Below, piece by piece: positions 13,101 through 26,256 of a stretch of 63,739 nt of DNA. Source of the stretch: Rhynchobatus australiae (Eukaryota); the NCBI GenBank assembly GCA_034780895.1, contig JAUZTB010000017.1, forward strand, positions 23,261,827 to 23,325,565. Reading direction: 5' to 3'. The notes beneath the pieces are model-generated. The model was given only the letters and a program-made list of their open reading frames with translations. It was not told where the DNA came from and did no database searches. Position 1 is the stretch's first letter, and each line of letters begins with the position of its first letter. Position numbers and translations under genes: made by a program.

Positions 13101-13849
13101 NNNNNNNNNNNNNNNNAATCACAACGTCTTTCTCTTTTTGCAATGAGAACAAACAGACATGATTTTATATTAGTGGACATGTTAAGAAGGTAATAGATTG
13201 GCTGAGGAAGAACCTGCTGCAGTGAGTTGAGGTCAAGTATTAGCTCAATTGCTTCCTTGTTTCTACCTCTCTTTTCCCTTTATGAGTAAGAGCTCATTAG
13301 CTTCAAAAAGTGGGAGGAAAGCAAAAATGCTGAAGCAAGGCATAGGACAATTTTAACTCCAACCTGCCCAGTGAAAATTTTGCAATTAAGGTGCTACTAA
13401 TATGCTGGTGTCTCGTATGAATCCATCATCTAGCTGTCTTCTGTTTTAGTATCTCAGTTATCAATTTGGCAGTGATTGGCAGTGTAAGATTTATCATGTC
13501 ATTTGTGGTGTTACTTGCACAGAGATTGCTCATAACTAATGCATTACAACATAACAAATAAACTACAAGTGTCAGAGCTTGGAAATATTTATATATCGCT
13601 TATTAATTCTGGCTGCAGGTTGTATACATTTCTTGTATCCTAAATTTAAAGAATATATTGAAAGTGCATGTTTAAAACTGTTTAAGCAGCCTCAGTTGCA
13701 GGTCCAAGGTGAGTTTTTTTTCCTCAGTAAACTTCAGAGGCCACAGTTATTGAATACAAATGTACAGCCTTGTTTTGCTGGCATAGATGATTGACATTTT
13801 CAATGTTGTCACTTCATTGTTTTTTTAATCTTTGGAAATATTGCACAGA

Positions 13850-14020
13850 AAATGCTGGAAAAACTGAGCAGGTCAGGAAAGCGAAACAGCAGTCAAGAAA
13901 AAACTGAGGTAACAAGATATAAAAATGGGAAATATTTGAAAAACTAAGCAGATCAGTTATCAACAGTGAAGAGAGAGAAAAGTTAACATCTCAGATGAGG
14001 GACTCTTATTCAGACCTCAG
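13850..14020 (-). mobile_element. Penelope-like terminal repeat remnants (two tandem partial copies)
   Basis: aatgctggaaaaactgagcaggtcagg and atatttgaaaaactaagcagatcag...gagagagaaaagttaacatctcag are reverse complements of the repeat at 22141-22260. Confidence 0.55.
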
Positions 14021-14264
14021 TGTAGATAACAGCAAAGTGGAGGAGAGCAATGGGTAGGACAAGGGAATTCCTCCGGTAGACTGAAGTCATGTGGCAGGTG
14101 GGATACGATTGAGCCTTGATGGCTGGTGTAGATTGTTGCTACTCTTCCAGTGTATATAATCTGGCCTTCTGGGATATTGCCCTGTAGGCCAGATTATTTC
14201 CACTAGAAGAGGAAAAAGGATGGCCGGCAAAAATGGTTTTTATAAAGACAGGAAGAAAGAATAT

Positions 14265-15140
14265 AGAAAATAGAACACTACAGTACAGTACAGGCCGTTC
14301 AGACCATGATGTTGTGCCAACAGTTTATCCTGCTCCTCTGAGATCTATCTAACCCATCCATCCCACATAGCCCTTCATTTTTCTATCATTCATGTGGATA
14401 AGATGTCCCTAATGTATCTACCTCCACCACCTTTGCTGGCAATGTGTTTCATGCACCCACCACTCTCTGTGTAGAAAAAACTTGCCTCTGACATCCAATC
14501 ACCTTAAAATCATGCCCTCTCGTGACAGCCATTTTGACCCTGGGAAAATTTCTCTGACTGTCCACTCGATCAATGCCTCTTATCATCTTGTACATCTCTA
14601 TCAAGTCACCTCTCATCATTCTTCACTCCAAAGAGAAAAGCCCTAGCTTGCTCAACCTATCCTCATAAGACATGCTTTCTAATCCAGCCAGCATCCTGGT
14701 AAACCTCCTTTGCACCCTCTCTAAAACTTACATATCCTTCCTATAATGAGGCGACTGGAACTGAACACAATACTCAGTGTGGTCTAACCAGAGTTTTATA
14801 GAGCTGCAACATTACCTGGCAGCTCTTGAACTCAATACGCCAACCAATGAAGGCTAACACACCATATGCCTTCTTAACAACCCTATCAATCTGCGTGGCA
14901 ACCTTGAGGGATCCATGGATGTGGATCCCAAGATCCCTCTGTTCCTCCACACTGCTGAGAGGCCTGCCATTAACCTTTTATACTGCCTTCAAATTCGATC
15001 TTCCGAAGTGTATCACTTCACACTTTTCTGGGTTGAACTCCATCTGCCACTTCTCAGCCCAGCTCTGCATCTTATCAATATCCTGTTGTAATGTACAACA
15101 ACCTTCTACACTATCCACAACACCACCAACCTTTGTATCA
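14265..15140 (-). mobile_element. CR1/HER1-like LINE 3' portion (5'-truncated)
   Basis: Starts with the reversed 3' tail (atagaacactacagtacagtacaggcc...); minus strand carries CR1 ORF2 motifs (DTKVGGVVDS, WQMEFNPEKCEVIHFG, LYKTLVRPH, FTRMLAGLE). Confidence 0.88.
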
Positions 15141-16127
15141 ATCTTTTGTATTGTTGTGTTCTTGGTTTCTATTGCAAGACCATAAGGAATTGCTAAATAA
15201 AATCATAATTATAGCATTCTAATGCAGCCTGAAAAATGCTTTTAAATTGGTAAATAATCAAGTGGTTTTGTCATTATCAGCTTTGGAATTTTTTTGATCA
15301 TTTCTTGCAGAAGGGAATTGGAAAAACTGTTAAGTTTTAAAGTAAAATATCTTTTTCCTAACTATGTTTCACAGAACTGAGTTTATGAAAGTGCTATTCC
15401 CAAAGAGTAAACAAATTAGCTTGTCTTGATAATTAATGAACATCTCACACCCATTATGTGAAGAACTTGTTCATTTTGATCTCGATGCAGTTATGGATAA
15501 AGAAAACTTGGGAAAATTGAAATGGGAAGCCAGTCCAACAAAAGCTGGAAAGGTAGTCATAATGTATGGAAAAGAAAACTGTAAGAATTGTAAACTTTTC
15601 ATTATCTAAATCTTGGAGGGCAGTCATCTGTTTTAAGTAATATGACTTCTTAATAAAGGGAAGAGAGGCAGCTTTTCTTTTGTTAACGTGAAATAAATAT
15701 AGTCTTTTCTGCTGTTCTTTTGCATTCCTCTTATTGTACAACAGAGTCGCTTATCATTTTCTACTGCCTTTTCTTGCTAAGAGGTTGCTCTCCAGAATGA
15801 TGTGATCACTGATTGACATCACAAAGGAATATTATTGATACATTCTCTGGAGTTACNNNNNNNNNNNNNNNNNNNNNNNNNNNNNNNNNNNNNNNNNNNN
15901 NNNNNNNNNNNNNNNNNNNNNNNNNNNNNNNNNNNNNNNNNNNNNNNNNNNNNNNNNNNNNNNNNNNNNNNNNNNNNNNNNNNNNNNNNNNNNNNNNNNN
16001 NNNNNNNNNNNNNNNNNNNNNNNNNNNNNNNNNNNNNNNNNNNNNNNNNNNNNNNNNNNNNNNNNNNNNNNNNNNNNNNNNNNNNNNNNNNNNNNNNNNN
16101 NNNNNNNNNNNNNNNNNNNNNNNNNNA

Positions 16128-16200
16128 CCTTGTAACTCTCCAGAGCCCTGCCTGATCCTTGCTTTCTAAACCTTAGGTAAGCTTTTTCCTTCCTTTGCAT
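16128..16200 (-). mobile_element. CR1 LINE ORF2 fragment beside a gap
   Basis: Minus-strand RKEKAYLRFRKQGSGRALESYK resembles the CR1 endonuclease-RT linker. Confidence 0.5.
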
Positions 16201-16838
16201 GTTATCTAAAGTTGGAAAATTCAGTCCTGAGGCCTGAAAACTTGCTGTTCACATCTCTCCTGATGAAAGCATCCTGAAAAGTAAGTTCTGAATCCCCCTT
16301 GTCTAATCAAAAGACTACTTTTGCTGTTTCTGCAACTGTCAGATTCCCAAGGGCAGGAATGGAACAAGTTTGTACTCTGCTTGTGTTGAACATCTGAGTT
16401 TCTGCAGGAACTCTGACCTTGCCTATACCTTATGCTGGCAAATACTGGCCCAGTTTTTCAACCTATACTCTGGACTAACCCATATCTGTAACTGCAGAGA
16501 CTAAAACTTTCTCCTCCTGCAGAAAGTTTCATTCTTTATCACTGTGCTAATTTGAGTACTAATTCTGGATTTACACAGAATTTTAATATTGCTAAAAAGG
16601 TTATATGCTCAGCAGTACTGTCCAGTTTTAGTGCAAAAACAGTTTAATATTAAAACCATAGGGTCCTGTGTGAATCTANNNNNNNNNNNNNNNNNNNNNN
16701 NNNNNNNNNNNNNNNNNNNNNNNNNNNNNNNNNNNNNNNNNNNNNNNNNNNNNNNNNNNNNNNNNNNNNNNNNNNNNNNNNNNNNNNNNNNNNNNNNNNN
16801 NNNNNNNNNNNNNNNNNNNNNNNNNNNNNNNNNNNNNN

Positions 16839-16922
16839 ATTGACCTGTATGATCAGTTTGCAAGACAAGTTTTTCACTGTACCTTGGTACAAGGGAAAAT
16901 AATAAACCAATACCAATACCAA
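16839..16922 (+). mobile_element. Rex1/Babar-like LINE 3' tail
   Basis: Near-identical to 41528-41608 (gcaagacaagtttttcactgtaccttggtaca...aataaaccaataccaatacc). Confidence 0.75.
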
Positions 16923-17529
16923 CTCATATAGTTTAATGGGTTGAATTGTGTGATAGTTGTGGTCACTGAAATACAGGAAAGATGTGATTGTGTTGGATGG
17001 GTTGCAGAGGAGACTGACAATGATGGTGCATTGAATTCACTCCTTGTGCTATTCCTGTAGCCACACTTAACCTCTTGGAAATGTATGGCTCCAAGCAACC
17101 TCAAAGCTTTGCTGTCCCACCAGGCCAAACAGTCTGCAAATGGCTAAAGCCTTCAGGCAGTAATCCTGAGGCCCCATCCCTGCATTACTTCATTTACCTC
17201 TTTACATCCAGATGGTAACTCCATTCAAGTGAAAGTGGATAACCCCAGAAGAGCCAGCTCTGATGTGCATCTGATCCCTCAGCGCTGGATGATTTAGTCA
17301 CTCTTGGCTCAATGGTGACTACAGTGTTTAAGCACTGTAATCAGGACAGCGTTAACCAGTGAGGAGGTTATTCATTTCTAAACTGACAGGAAAAGATGAC
17401 TATATTTCAGGCCAATTTTGAGAAATACATTAATGGAATCCATTAATTTAGGATTTTTGCTCCACTTCACTTTCACTGGCCCAGAAATAAGAAGTGCAGG
17501 TATTTCATCTTGCTCAATTTCAAATGGGT

Positions 17530-17870
17530 GACATAATGGCTCAGCAGCTGCCGCACAGTTCCAGCAACCCAAGTTCGATCCTGATGAGTGCTCTCTGGGT
17601 AGAGTTTGCTCATTCTCCCTGGACTGCATAGGTTTCCCCAGGTGCTCCAGTTCACTCCCACATCCCAAAGACACACTGGTGGGGTAGGTAAGTTGGTGAC
17701 TGTAAATTATCCCTGGTGTCAGTGAGTGGAAGGAGAACCAGTGTAGAGAGTTGGTGGTCATGTGAGGGAGAATGTGTAACAAGGAAAAGAATGGATGAAT
17801 GGGTTTGATGGAATTGTTCTAAGAGCCATCATTCAGCTGTTAGGACAGATGATCTCCTAAGTTGTGAGAA
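17530..17870 (+). mobile_element. HE1-like V-SINE
   Basis: tRNA-like head then V-domain agagtttgctcattctccctggactgcataggtttccccaggtgctccagttcactcccacatcccaaagac...tgtaaattatccc. Confidence 0.8.
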
Positions 17871-18104
17871 ACATGAGTAAAAATTTCTTACACTTAACTG
17901 CAAGGCTTTATTTTCTCTCATTCATGGAATGTGGTCATTTAATCCCTATCCCTATTTGCCTTGAGGAAAGTGATGACTTGTTGGAAAATTTTGGAAGACA
18001 TAAATGTTTATTTTTAAATCTTTCATATTTCATCATTTTCTTTTGAGTTCAGATTTGCTACTAGTTCCATGACTTAAACTTTGATTTCTCTCTTCATAAT
18101 ATTG

Positions 18105-18240
18105 TATGCATTGCCATAGGTCCGAATCATAATTGGGTCAGGTCAGGTAAAAACAGCAGATTTCATTTGCTGAAGGTCATTCGTGGAACAGATGGGTTTC
18201 TAGGACAACCCATCCATCTCATAGTTGCTATTAGCCATAA
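18105..18240 (-). mobile_element. MetaSINE-like core, decayed
   Basis: caggtaaaaacagcagatttcatttgctgaaggtcattcgtggaacagatgggtttc...acaac is the reverse complement of the core at 3330-3400. Confidence 0.6.
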
Positions 18241-18270
18241 ATAGAGCCAGCCCAGGCAATTCATGATCGT

Positions 18271-18389
18271 CACCTCTTTAATGAGTTTGGTCTAATTAAA
18301 GTTTGCCAATTGATTTTTAAATAGCCTTAGCACCTTTTTAATGAATTTGGTCCATTTAATGTTAGGCAATTGATTTTAAGTAGCTTGAA
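18271..18389. repeat. Diverged 60-bp tandem duplication (2 units)
   Basis: cacctctttaatgagtttggtctaattaaagtttgccaattgatttttaaatagc (from 18271) versus cacctttttaatgaatttggtccatttaatgttaggcaattgattttaagtagc (from 18331). Confidence 0.85.
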
Positions 18390-19559
18390 CTTCGTCGTGT
18401 AGAAACACAGGGATATAGATGTTCTTAATGTTTGTGTTTGGATAAAAAGGCAACATTTTGACTGTTAATTTTTTTCAATAAGTAAATGAATTTAATTCAT
18501 GCCAAATGGTATTGAAACCAAATAGTCATTAATGAGGAAACTATGACTGTGAATGCTAATACTACCATTAAGACAAATTCTGCTCCTCAGTAATTTGGCT
18601 GACCAGTGAATTTGTTATCTGGCGTGAAAAAATTAAGAAAAATTTGCAACATTACAATTCTTCCTGTACTACAGTGAACATTTAGCCAATTATCTTGAAC
18701 TGCTCATGGCTGAGATATAATCTGTACATTTACGACTTCAATGCACAAATGAGTTTCTTAAGCCTTATAAGAACCGAGTATTTACCAACATAGTGTTGAG
18801 TATAAAATACTATTGTCAGCTTGTAAAAGTGACAATAAAAGCTGTTTTTAATAAAGTGATGAAAAAATGTATTAATCTGATGCTACACTGAAACTGAATA
18901 ATATACAAGAAAGCANNNNNNNNNNNNNNNNNNNNNNNNNNNNNNNNNNNNNNNNNNNNNNNNNNNNNNNNNNNNNNNNNNNNNNNNNNNNNNNNNNNNN
19001 NNNNNNNNNNNNNNNNNNNNNNNNNNNNNNNNNNNNNNNNNNNNNNNNNNNNNNNNNNNNNNNNNNNNNNNNNNNNNNNNNNNNNNNNNNNNNNNNNNNN
19101 NNNNNNNNNNNNNNNNNNNNNNNNNNNNNNNNNNNNNNNNNNNNNNNNNNNNNNNNNNNNNNNNNNNNNNNNNNNNNNNNNNNNNNNNNNNNNNNNNNNN
19201 NNNNNNNNNNNNNNNNNNNNNNNNNNNNNNNNNNNNNNNNNNNNNNNNNNNNNNNNNNNNNNNNNNNNNNNNNNNNNNNNNNNNNNNNNNNNNNNNNNNN
19301 NNNNNNNNNNNNNNNNNNNNNNNNNNNNNNNNNNNNNNNNNNNNNNNNNNNNNNNNNNNNNNNNNNNNNNNNNNNNNNNNATCAGTGGCCATTTTATCAG
19401 TGGCATATTGAGAAATTATATTGGAGATGTTGCCATTTCTGCCGATGGGTAAACAATCTGGGATTTTATTTGATAATCATGCCAGATTTATGCAGATTAT
19501 TTATCAGGAGATGAAATCTTCCCCACTCACCTAATGTGAAGATAAGTTTTACATGACTT

Positions 19560-19675
19560 AATGTAGAACACTACAGCACAGTACAGGTCCTTCGGCCCAC
19601 AGTGTTTTGCTGACATTTTATCCTGTTCTAAGATCTACCTAACCCTTCCCTCCCACATAGCCCCCCATTTCTCTT
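19560..19675 (-). mobile_element. CR1/HER1-like LINE 3' tail
   Basis: Closely matches 14270-14380 (tagaacactacagcacagtacagg...ttatcctgttctaagatctacctaacccttccctcccacatagccc). Confidence 0.8.
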
Positions 19676-21689
19676 GTGGGAGAGAAGATGAGAGAGAAGT
19701 GAGAGAGACGAGATAGAGAAGATGAAAAAGGACAGGGAAATCGGCTTTATTGGATGACTACAGTACAGTATGTTTGTATCCTCCTTCTTTAAAATATTAT
19801 GTCTTATTTGACAGGCAAACATTAACTTCAAGTCTTTTTTTGAAAATGCTTTGCAAGTATGTTCAGTGGAGAAAAATCACCTCTTGATCTAAAAAGTGTG
19901 TGCTGTTGTTGCCTAACAATCAGCATCATGATTTTAAAATAACTGCACATGCATGCACCTGTCTTCAAATTAAAGAGTTTTATATGCATCATTGAAGCTA
20001 ATTGAAATATGATGGATTCACAAGAAATGGAAGGTTTGCATGAAAAATACATGATGCATTNNNNNNNNNNNNNNNNNNNNATAATACGTGCAAAATGCAG
20101 ATAGTAAATTCTAGCACAGAACTGGAAAAACATCCAAGTTTAACAGGTTCAGGAAGAATCAGCATTCTCTCTGTCTGTATCCCTTTTTCTTTCCATAACT
20201 GTTCTGTTCCCTCTTGCATTCATGCTCTAACTAAATCACCTACCCCTGACTCTCCACCTCACTTCGACGACCATGCAGATATCAGATGCATTCTCTTCCT
20301 CATCTGCCTTCACCTCCCCTTACAAATTATCATTCCTGAGCAATGTTTTCTTTGTTCTTTTTTTATTAATTTCCGTTTGATAGTTGACCTTCCGCTTGAA
20401 GCACACAGCAATGGCCAAAATAATTCAGTAACAAACACAAATGAATGGATTGTGAGAATAATATTTTAAGTTGAAAAGGTTCTATATATTCATTCTTATA
20501 TAGATCATGAACTATAGGCTCCCGAGATGCTGGCATCTGTATTTTTCAGCTGGTTTCTGAAGTGCATGCAGCTTTAGACAGGGGTTGTGTAGGTGGAAAA
20601 CAGCTAAAGAAATTTAACCTATTAATAATATATTGGGTTGCCTTGTAGAAAGTGTGATAATTCATTATGTTATGACAACAGCTATTTTCCTATATCTTGT
20701 ACTTCATGGTCATTTAACATAATAAAACTTGATAACAACAAGCCTTTTGAAATTACAAGTGAAATCACTCANNNNNNNNNNNNNNNNNNNNNNNNNNNNN
20801 NNNNNNNNNNGTAAGTAGATCAGGTTTGTATATTGAAAGCTGTCCTGTATGCATAATTTGTAAGAAAGTGTCCTTTGTAAGTGAAATATTTGATTTATCT
20901 TGAGGGTTCCATATTTTACAATATCCTTTTATAGGTGTTCATGGGGCCAGGTTTCACACTACTCGACTCTACGTTGAATTGAAATTCTTGTGTCAGAGTG
21001 GCTGAATCCTTTCTCTGCAATTAGTCAAAGCTTTTTATTGCCATCGACTGGAGTTCTTAACAATAAATGGGGCACAGTATATTATGGTAGCAGAGTATTT
21101 TACATACAATCACCCATTGTACTAAGGAGATGGTGTGAGATAGAGACTGACAGTTCCTCTTTCTCATACATACATACAGTACATGGATGTACACGTGTAT
21201 ATATCCACAGGTGGAGCTGAGATCAGTCATGAAACCTTTCAAAAATGTGGTCCATTAAGTCTATGTGGTAAGCTATGAAGGGAGCTGCATTTGAGGTAAC
21301 TTAAGATTGTAAACACACTTCAAAAAATACAGTAATTCAAATGTAATAAAATCTAAGCTTATGATGAAATAAATACTAAAAGGTAAACTGATTTTCTAAA
21401 CCACACATAGTTCAATATTATTTCCAACTACCTTATCTTAACTATTCAGTGGGTTGGTAAATGGAGGGCGCTGATTTAAACCAGTAATAATTTCGGCACT
21501 CACAATTACACACAAGATAGAACTGCAAATCACATTACAGTGTGTTGTGAAATTCAGTTCAATAAATTTGCCAAATAATGAGTAAGCATCTGGAAATGTA
21601 ACTTTAAATAACAGCAGCTTGTATTTTTCATCTCGATAATCTTGTCCTACAGAGGCTGAAGGAAGAATAAGGAAAAAAAATGTTGACCA

Positions 21690-21960
21690 AAGAACGAATG
21701 GTTAAAATGTGGTAACCAAAAACTTGTTAAAAGAAATGGGTTTTTGAAAAAGTCATGAGGAGCAGTTGGCAAGGTAGAGAGTTTGAAGGAAAAAAATCCC
21801 AGATGCCGCATCCAAGAATGTCTGACGGCATTGCTGATGATGGCTGGATAAAGGGTACAAGATGCCAATGTCAAATTATTTTGGAGGGCAAGATTTTTTA
21901 GAACTGGAGAAGGTTACTGAGATCAAAAGGAGGGAGGTGATGGAGTGCTTCCAGTTTAAC
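21690..21960 (-). mobile_element. Old L2-type LINE fragment
   Basis: gagagtttgaaggaaaaaaatcccaga...tgtctgacggcattgctgatgatgg...ctggagaaggttactgagat resembles the reverse strand of an L2 ORF2 3' region; heavily decayed. Confidence 0.4.
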
Positions 21961-22140
21961 CAGATGAGGGCTCTGCAGAGCACGGTTTGGATCAGAGAAG
22001 GAAAGGTCAGAGGTGCTAGTGAAAGCACAACAAGGGAGGAAAGAGGCAAAATCAGAGGAAAGTTAAAGGGAAGAAAGATTTGGAATAGAATTAGAATTCA
22101 AACGTCAACAATTTTTACAATCTGATTAAGATCAGAAGCA

Positions 22141-22260
22141 GTTCTGATGAAGGGTCATGAAACATTAACACTCACCACATATGCTGCCTGACCAGCTGAG
22201 TATCTCCAGCGTCCTCTGTTTCTCTTTCAGGTTTCCAGTATTCTCAATGTTTTACTTTTC
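22141..22260 (+). mobile_element. Penelope-like terminal repeat with hammerhead-like core
   Basis: gttCTGATGAagggtcatGAAACattaac...ccacatatgctgcctgaccagctgagtatctccagc...ttcaggtttccagta; the same unit lies directly 3' of GIY-YIG remnants elsewhere in the window (42400-42482). Confidence 0.7.
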
Positions 22261-22839
22261 ATTTATTCAAAGTGGGCATTGCTAGACGAGAGATGCCCAG
22301 GCTGTTGCTTGAGCAGTAATCAAGAAGCAAAAAGCTGTGGATGTGGGTTACTGTTTTATTGCTTTTTGATATCCAAGAACAATATGGGAATCGGTCATCC
22401 AGTGGGAGGATGAGATTCCATAAATGTGTTCTCAATTTTGGTGGAGACTAGCATTTGAGCAGAGGAGACAAGAAGTTTAAGTATTTGTAAACCTCTTCCA
22501 TCAAGTGACCAAAGTGGACCATCTCATTCAGCCTTCTGCTAAGGACTCTAGATTCAAAGATGCCAGTTTTCAGCCAATTCAGATCATTCTCAAGGCATAC
22601 TTGGAAGTGGCAAGGTTTCCTAGACATAGCAAAAGCTCTACATTTGTACACAATTCTGGTTATAGTGCTGAAGATCTGCGTACTGGAAAGAGCAGACCAC
22701 CAAGAGAGCCACATGGCACTAGCATTTATCCAACAATGTGTAAATTTGTACAGGTCTCCTTGTCCAGGAAAGGTAAATGAATCCAAGCAGGCAATTAATG
22801 CCTGCACAGCATCCTCTTAATTATCAGCAGAATGATGGA

Positions 22840-23830
22840 AGGGAATCAAGTACCAATTACTAGCCAATAACATCTTCTAAGCTTCATCCAGGATTGATCA
22901 TAAGACCTAACAGTCAGGGGATAAGTAAATGTCTTTAACATCTAGGCAGCATTTGAAAGAATGTGACAGTAAGGATAAACTTGAAATTAATAGGTGCCAA
23001 AAAGAAAATTCTGCAATAGTTGGAATCATACTTACAAAGGGAAGGATTGTCAACATTACTGGAGGATAGTCTTTTCAACCCAAGTATTACTACAAGAATT
23101 TAACAGGGAAATCCTCAGCCCAATTATCTTTTACTGCTTTAGCAGTTAACCCTCCCATGAGTGTAAGGTCATGATTGAAATGGTCTGCTAACTATTCCTA
23201 TTTGTATTTCCNNNNNNNNNNNNNNNNNNNNNNNNNNNNNNNNNNNNNNNTGGACCACATCCTTATACATGCTGACAATTGGCAGGTAATATTCCTATCA
23301 CGTAATTGTTAAGCAACAGCCATTTCCAGTAGAATAGTTTACCACTGATCTCCTGCTTAATAAGATCAGCCATTTCAACATCATGGAAGATCATGGAGTA
23401 TAATGTGAGTCTCAAAAATCTTGTGTATTCTAAAAAGCTGACATCAAGAGTGTGATGGAATATGTATCACTTGCTTGTGGTGCAGATGCCACAGCACTTA
23501 AGAGGCTTCGCTCCTCGAAAAACAGATTGCTGTAAATGCTATTAATTTTTATGCTCTGTCCTTTGGCTGTATTTTTGCAAGATACACTTCAACAACTTGT
23601 CAAACTTAACTTGACAGTAGCTGCAAAATATTGCTTCCAGGATCAATCACTTTCATATCCCCCTTGACTTTATCATAGTATTTCACTATTTTTTCATCAA
23701 CATTGGCATGAAATTTCCTCATCTAACATCTTTCTAATTGCATCATAAGCACAAGAACAATGACGATTCAGGGAGGACTCCCATTACAACTTTCTCAGGA
23801 TAATAAGCAAGGGCAATAAAAAGATGCTTT
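22840..23830 (+). mobile_element. Old CR1-clade LINE (RT to 3' tail), heavily degenerate
   Basis: Remnants of AAFDRVW (ggcagcatttgaaagaatgtg), WLESYL (ttggaatcatactt), QGS.LGP (cagggaaatcctcagcccaatt), RSVMEY (aagagtgtgatggaatat); tail ending gggcaataaa. Confidence 0.6.
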
Positions 23831-25741
23831 TTCAGAACCCTTCAGAACTTGGGAATGAGACAAAGACTATTAGCAAAAGGACAAAGGAGAAGTTGAAAGG
23901 TATTGTTTCCATAGATGGTTGCTAGGGTTTTAAATAGTGTGCATTGCATGACATGCACCAGAACTTAAACCATATCCCTCCCTATATATACATATACATA
24001 CATTGTGCATGATCATGGACTCTGTTAGCACTTAACTGCAAGATTAGGTTTTATCCAAATGGCATTTCTCAAAAGGCTGCCACCAAAGGAGTCCCATTAA
24101 ATGAGCCCCACTAAAAAGATCCAAAAAGTACATAAAATGTGGGGTTCCCACCTGCTCACATTCAAGGTGGATGCACATGCCCCTCCTGAAGCTGGCAAAT
24201 TTAAAGTCCTGCACAACCATAGGAAATATAATTGAATACCAACACTCATGTAAACTCAAGTGTGGGAGAGAGAAATGGTCTGTGTCGAAAAGGATTCAAA
24301 GGATGCACAAATAGAGATATATGGAGGAAGAATTTGTGGCAGTTTCTGGAGTGATTCTGTGGATAGAACAGAAATTGAAGATTTGGATCTTGCATTTATT
24401 TTTAGCTTATTGGTAGGACAGAAATAATGGATATACTAACCATAGGTGAGAATGCTGTTCCCAGAACTCTGAATAACATTAACTATTAAAGGGGGATTTT
24501 GCTGGGGAAGAGGGAAAAGGATAATGATTAGCAACAGAAGGAATGACTGAGATGAGCAATATTTTAGAAATAAGAAGTGCCCTTGTAAGGAGTTGGATAT
24601 GCAGGATGCAACAGAGCACCAGGTCAAGCCAGTTGCCACGGTAACATAGCCCAGTGCTTAAGGCACACTACAGCTGGAGAGATGAATTACATTAAGGACA
24701 GAATATCAAAGATATTTGGAGAAGCCAAGGATGTTGATTCTACTGTTCATAAATTTTGTTGTATGNNNNNNNGGTGCTTCCAGTTCTTAACACTTGTAAT
24801 GTATTTGGAGGGTTTGCCAAGATTCCTTAGATTAATGGAGAAGGCAAAGAGGCAGAACAGATGGCTTTTGGGACACAAAATCTCAACCTACATCGTATCA
24901 AGGTAGCATGTAAATGTTTCCAAGGATGCAGAATTGAAGTATGAATGAAGTGCCTGATTATTGATCAGCTAGTGTGACTTAATAATGGGACATGAGGAAT
25001 AAACACAAGGATGCATCTCATTTGACTTCTGGTAACATTGCATGCCTGTGCTTTGGACTCAGAGACCATAGAGGAAAACTTACCGGTCAGCTCTTAGTAT
25101 GAGGGCGATTAAAATCAGCACAGTCCCAATATGCGTTAAACCCTTGTTCCTTCCTTACCTGAGGGGTTAATACTAAGTTCATTAAGCTTGGTTAAGTGGC
25201 CTGAGACAATACACTGTTTCCCAGCCAGGTAGAGACTGCTTGCATCAACCTCAGTTATTGAAGAATTTGAGACGTAGGCCAAGGTTTACACAACTAAATT
25301 CAGCATTAGTAGGTGTGGAGGATATCTCACATCTTATGACTTTTGTGTGACTAGTGGACATCTGAGTTAATTGCCAATTTTGCATTGATAAACAAAACCA
25401 CTTAACATAGAGGTGAAAATGATAGTAAAGCTATACTATAAGGTGGGATTTCCTGACAACTTAAGACCAAGATAAAAGGACACCACAAGGCTGCATAGAT
25501 AGGGAACACTGTTCTACATGATGCTCTTTGTTATCTGCTCTGAATGTGGATAAAGTCAAGGTAATGAACCATACCATGCTGTCAGCTAAATGAAGACAAT
25601 GCCAAAATAGGAATGAAATATTTTATTTTCAAAGTTTTTGAATAAAAATAATTATTATATTTAGGTGATTATTATATTAGCATGAAATCCAAAGCTTTAG
25701 AAATAAAAATATGGAACCAAAATCAAATTATGCTAAATTAG

Positions 25742-25990
25742 TAAATTGGTTTATATTGTCACATGTAATGAGGCACAGTGAAAAACTTTGTTTTGCATGC
25801 CATCCATACAGATCATTTCATCATATCTGTCCATCGAAGTAGTACAAGGGAAATGCATTAACAGAAAGCAGAATAAAGTGTTACAGTTACAGAGAAAGTG
25901 CAGTGCAGGCAGACAATAAGGTGCAAGGCCATGACAAGGTATATTGTGAGGTCAAGAGTCCATCTTATCATACAAGGGTCCATTCAATTG
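25742..25990 (-). mobile_element. Rex1/Babar-like LINE 3' UTR
   Basis: Reverse complement of 41355-41605 (cagtgaaaaact...gtgcagtgcaggcagacaataaggtgca...gtgaggtcaagagtc...ccattcaattg). Confidence 0.85.
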
Positions 25991-26029
25991 TTAAATCTCT
26001 ATAAATTAGTGGTCAGGCCTCAACAGGAA

Positions 26030-26256
26030 TATTGTGGCTAATTCTGGAAACCAGCCTAAGGAGGAATATCAAGGTCTTGGAGAATGTATGGGAATGATTT
26101 ACTGGTGAGGAATAAATGGCCAGTCTAAAAGTGAATTTGGAGAAGCCAGAATTGTTCTCTTTCTGGCAGAAAAAGTTAAGAAGATATTTAATGGAAATGT
26201 TCAACATTTTGAGAGGTTTTGGCAGCATTCATAGGGAGAAAATGTTTCCATTGGTG
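26030..26256 (+). mobile_element. CR1 LINE ORF2 3' fragment
   Basis: LEKPELFSFWQKKLRRYLMEMFNILRGFGSIHREKMFPLV resembles CR1 L.LFSLE.RRLRGDLIEV.KI..G.D.V..E.LFP. Confidence 0.7.
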
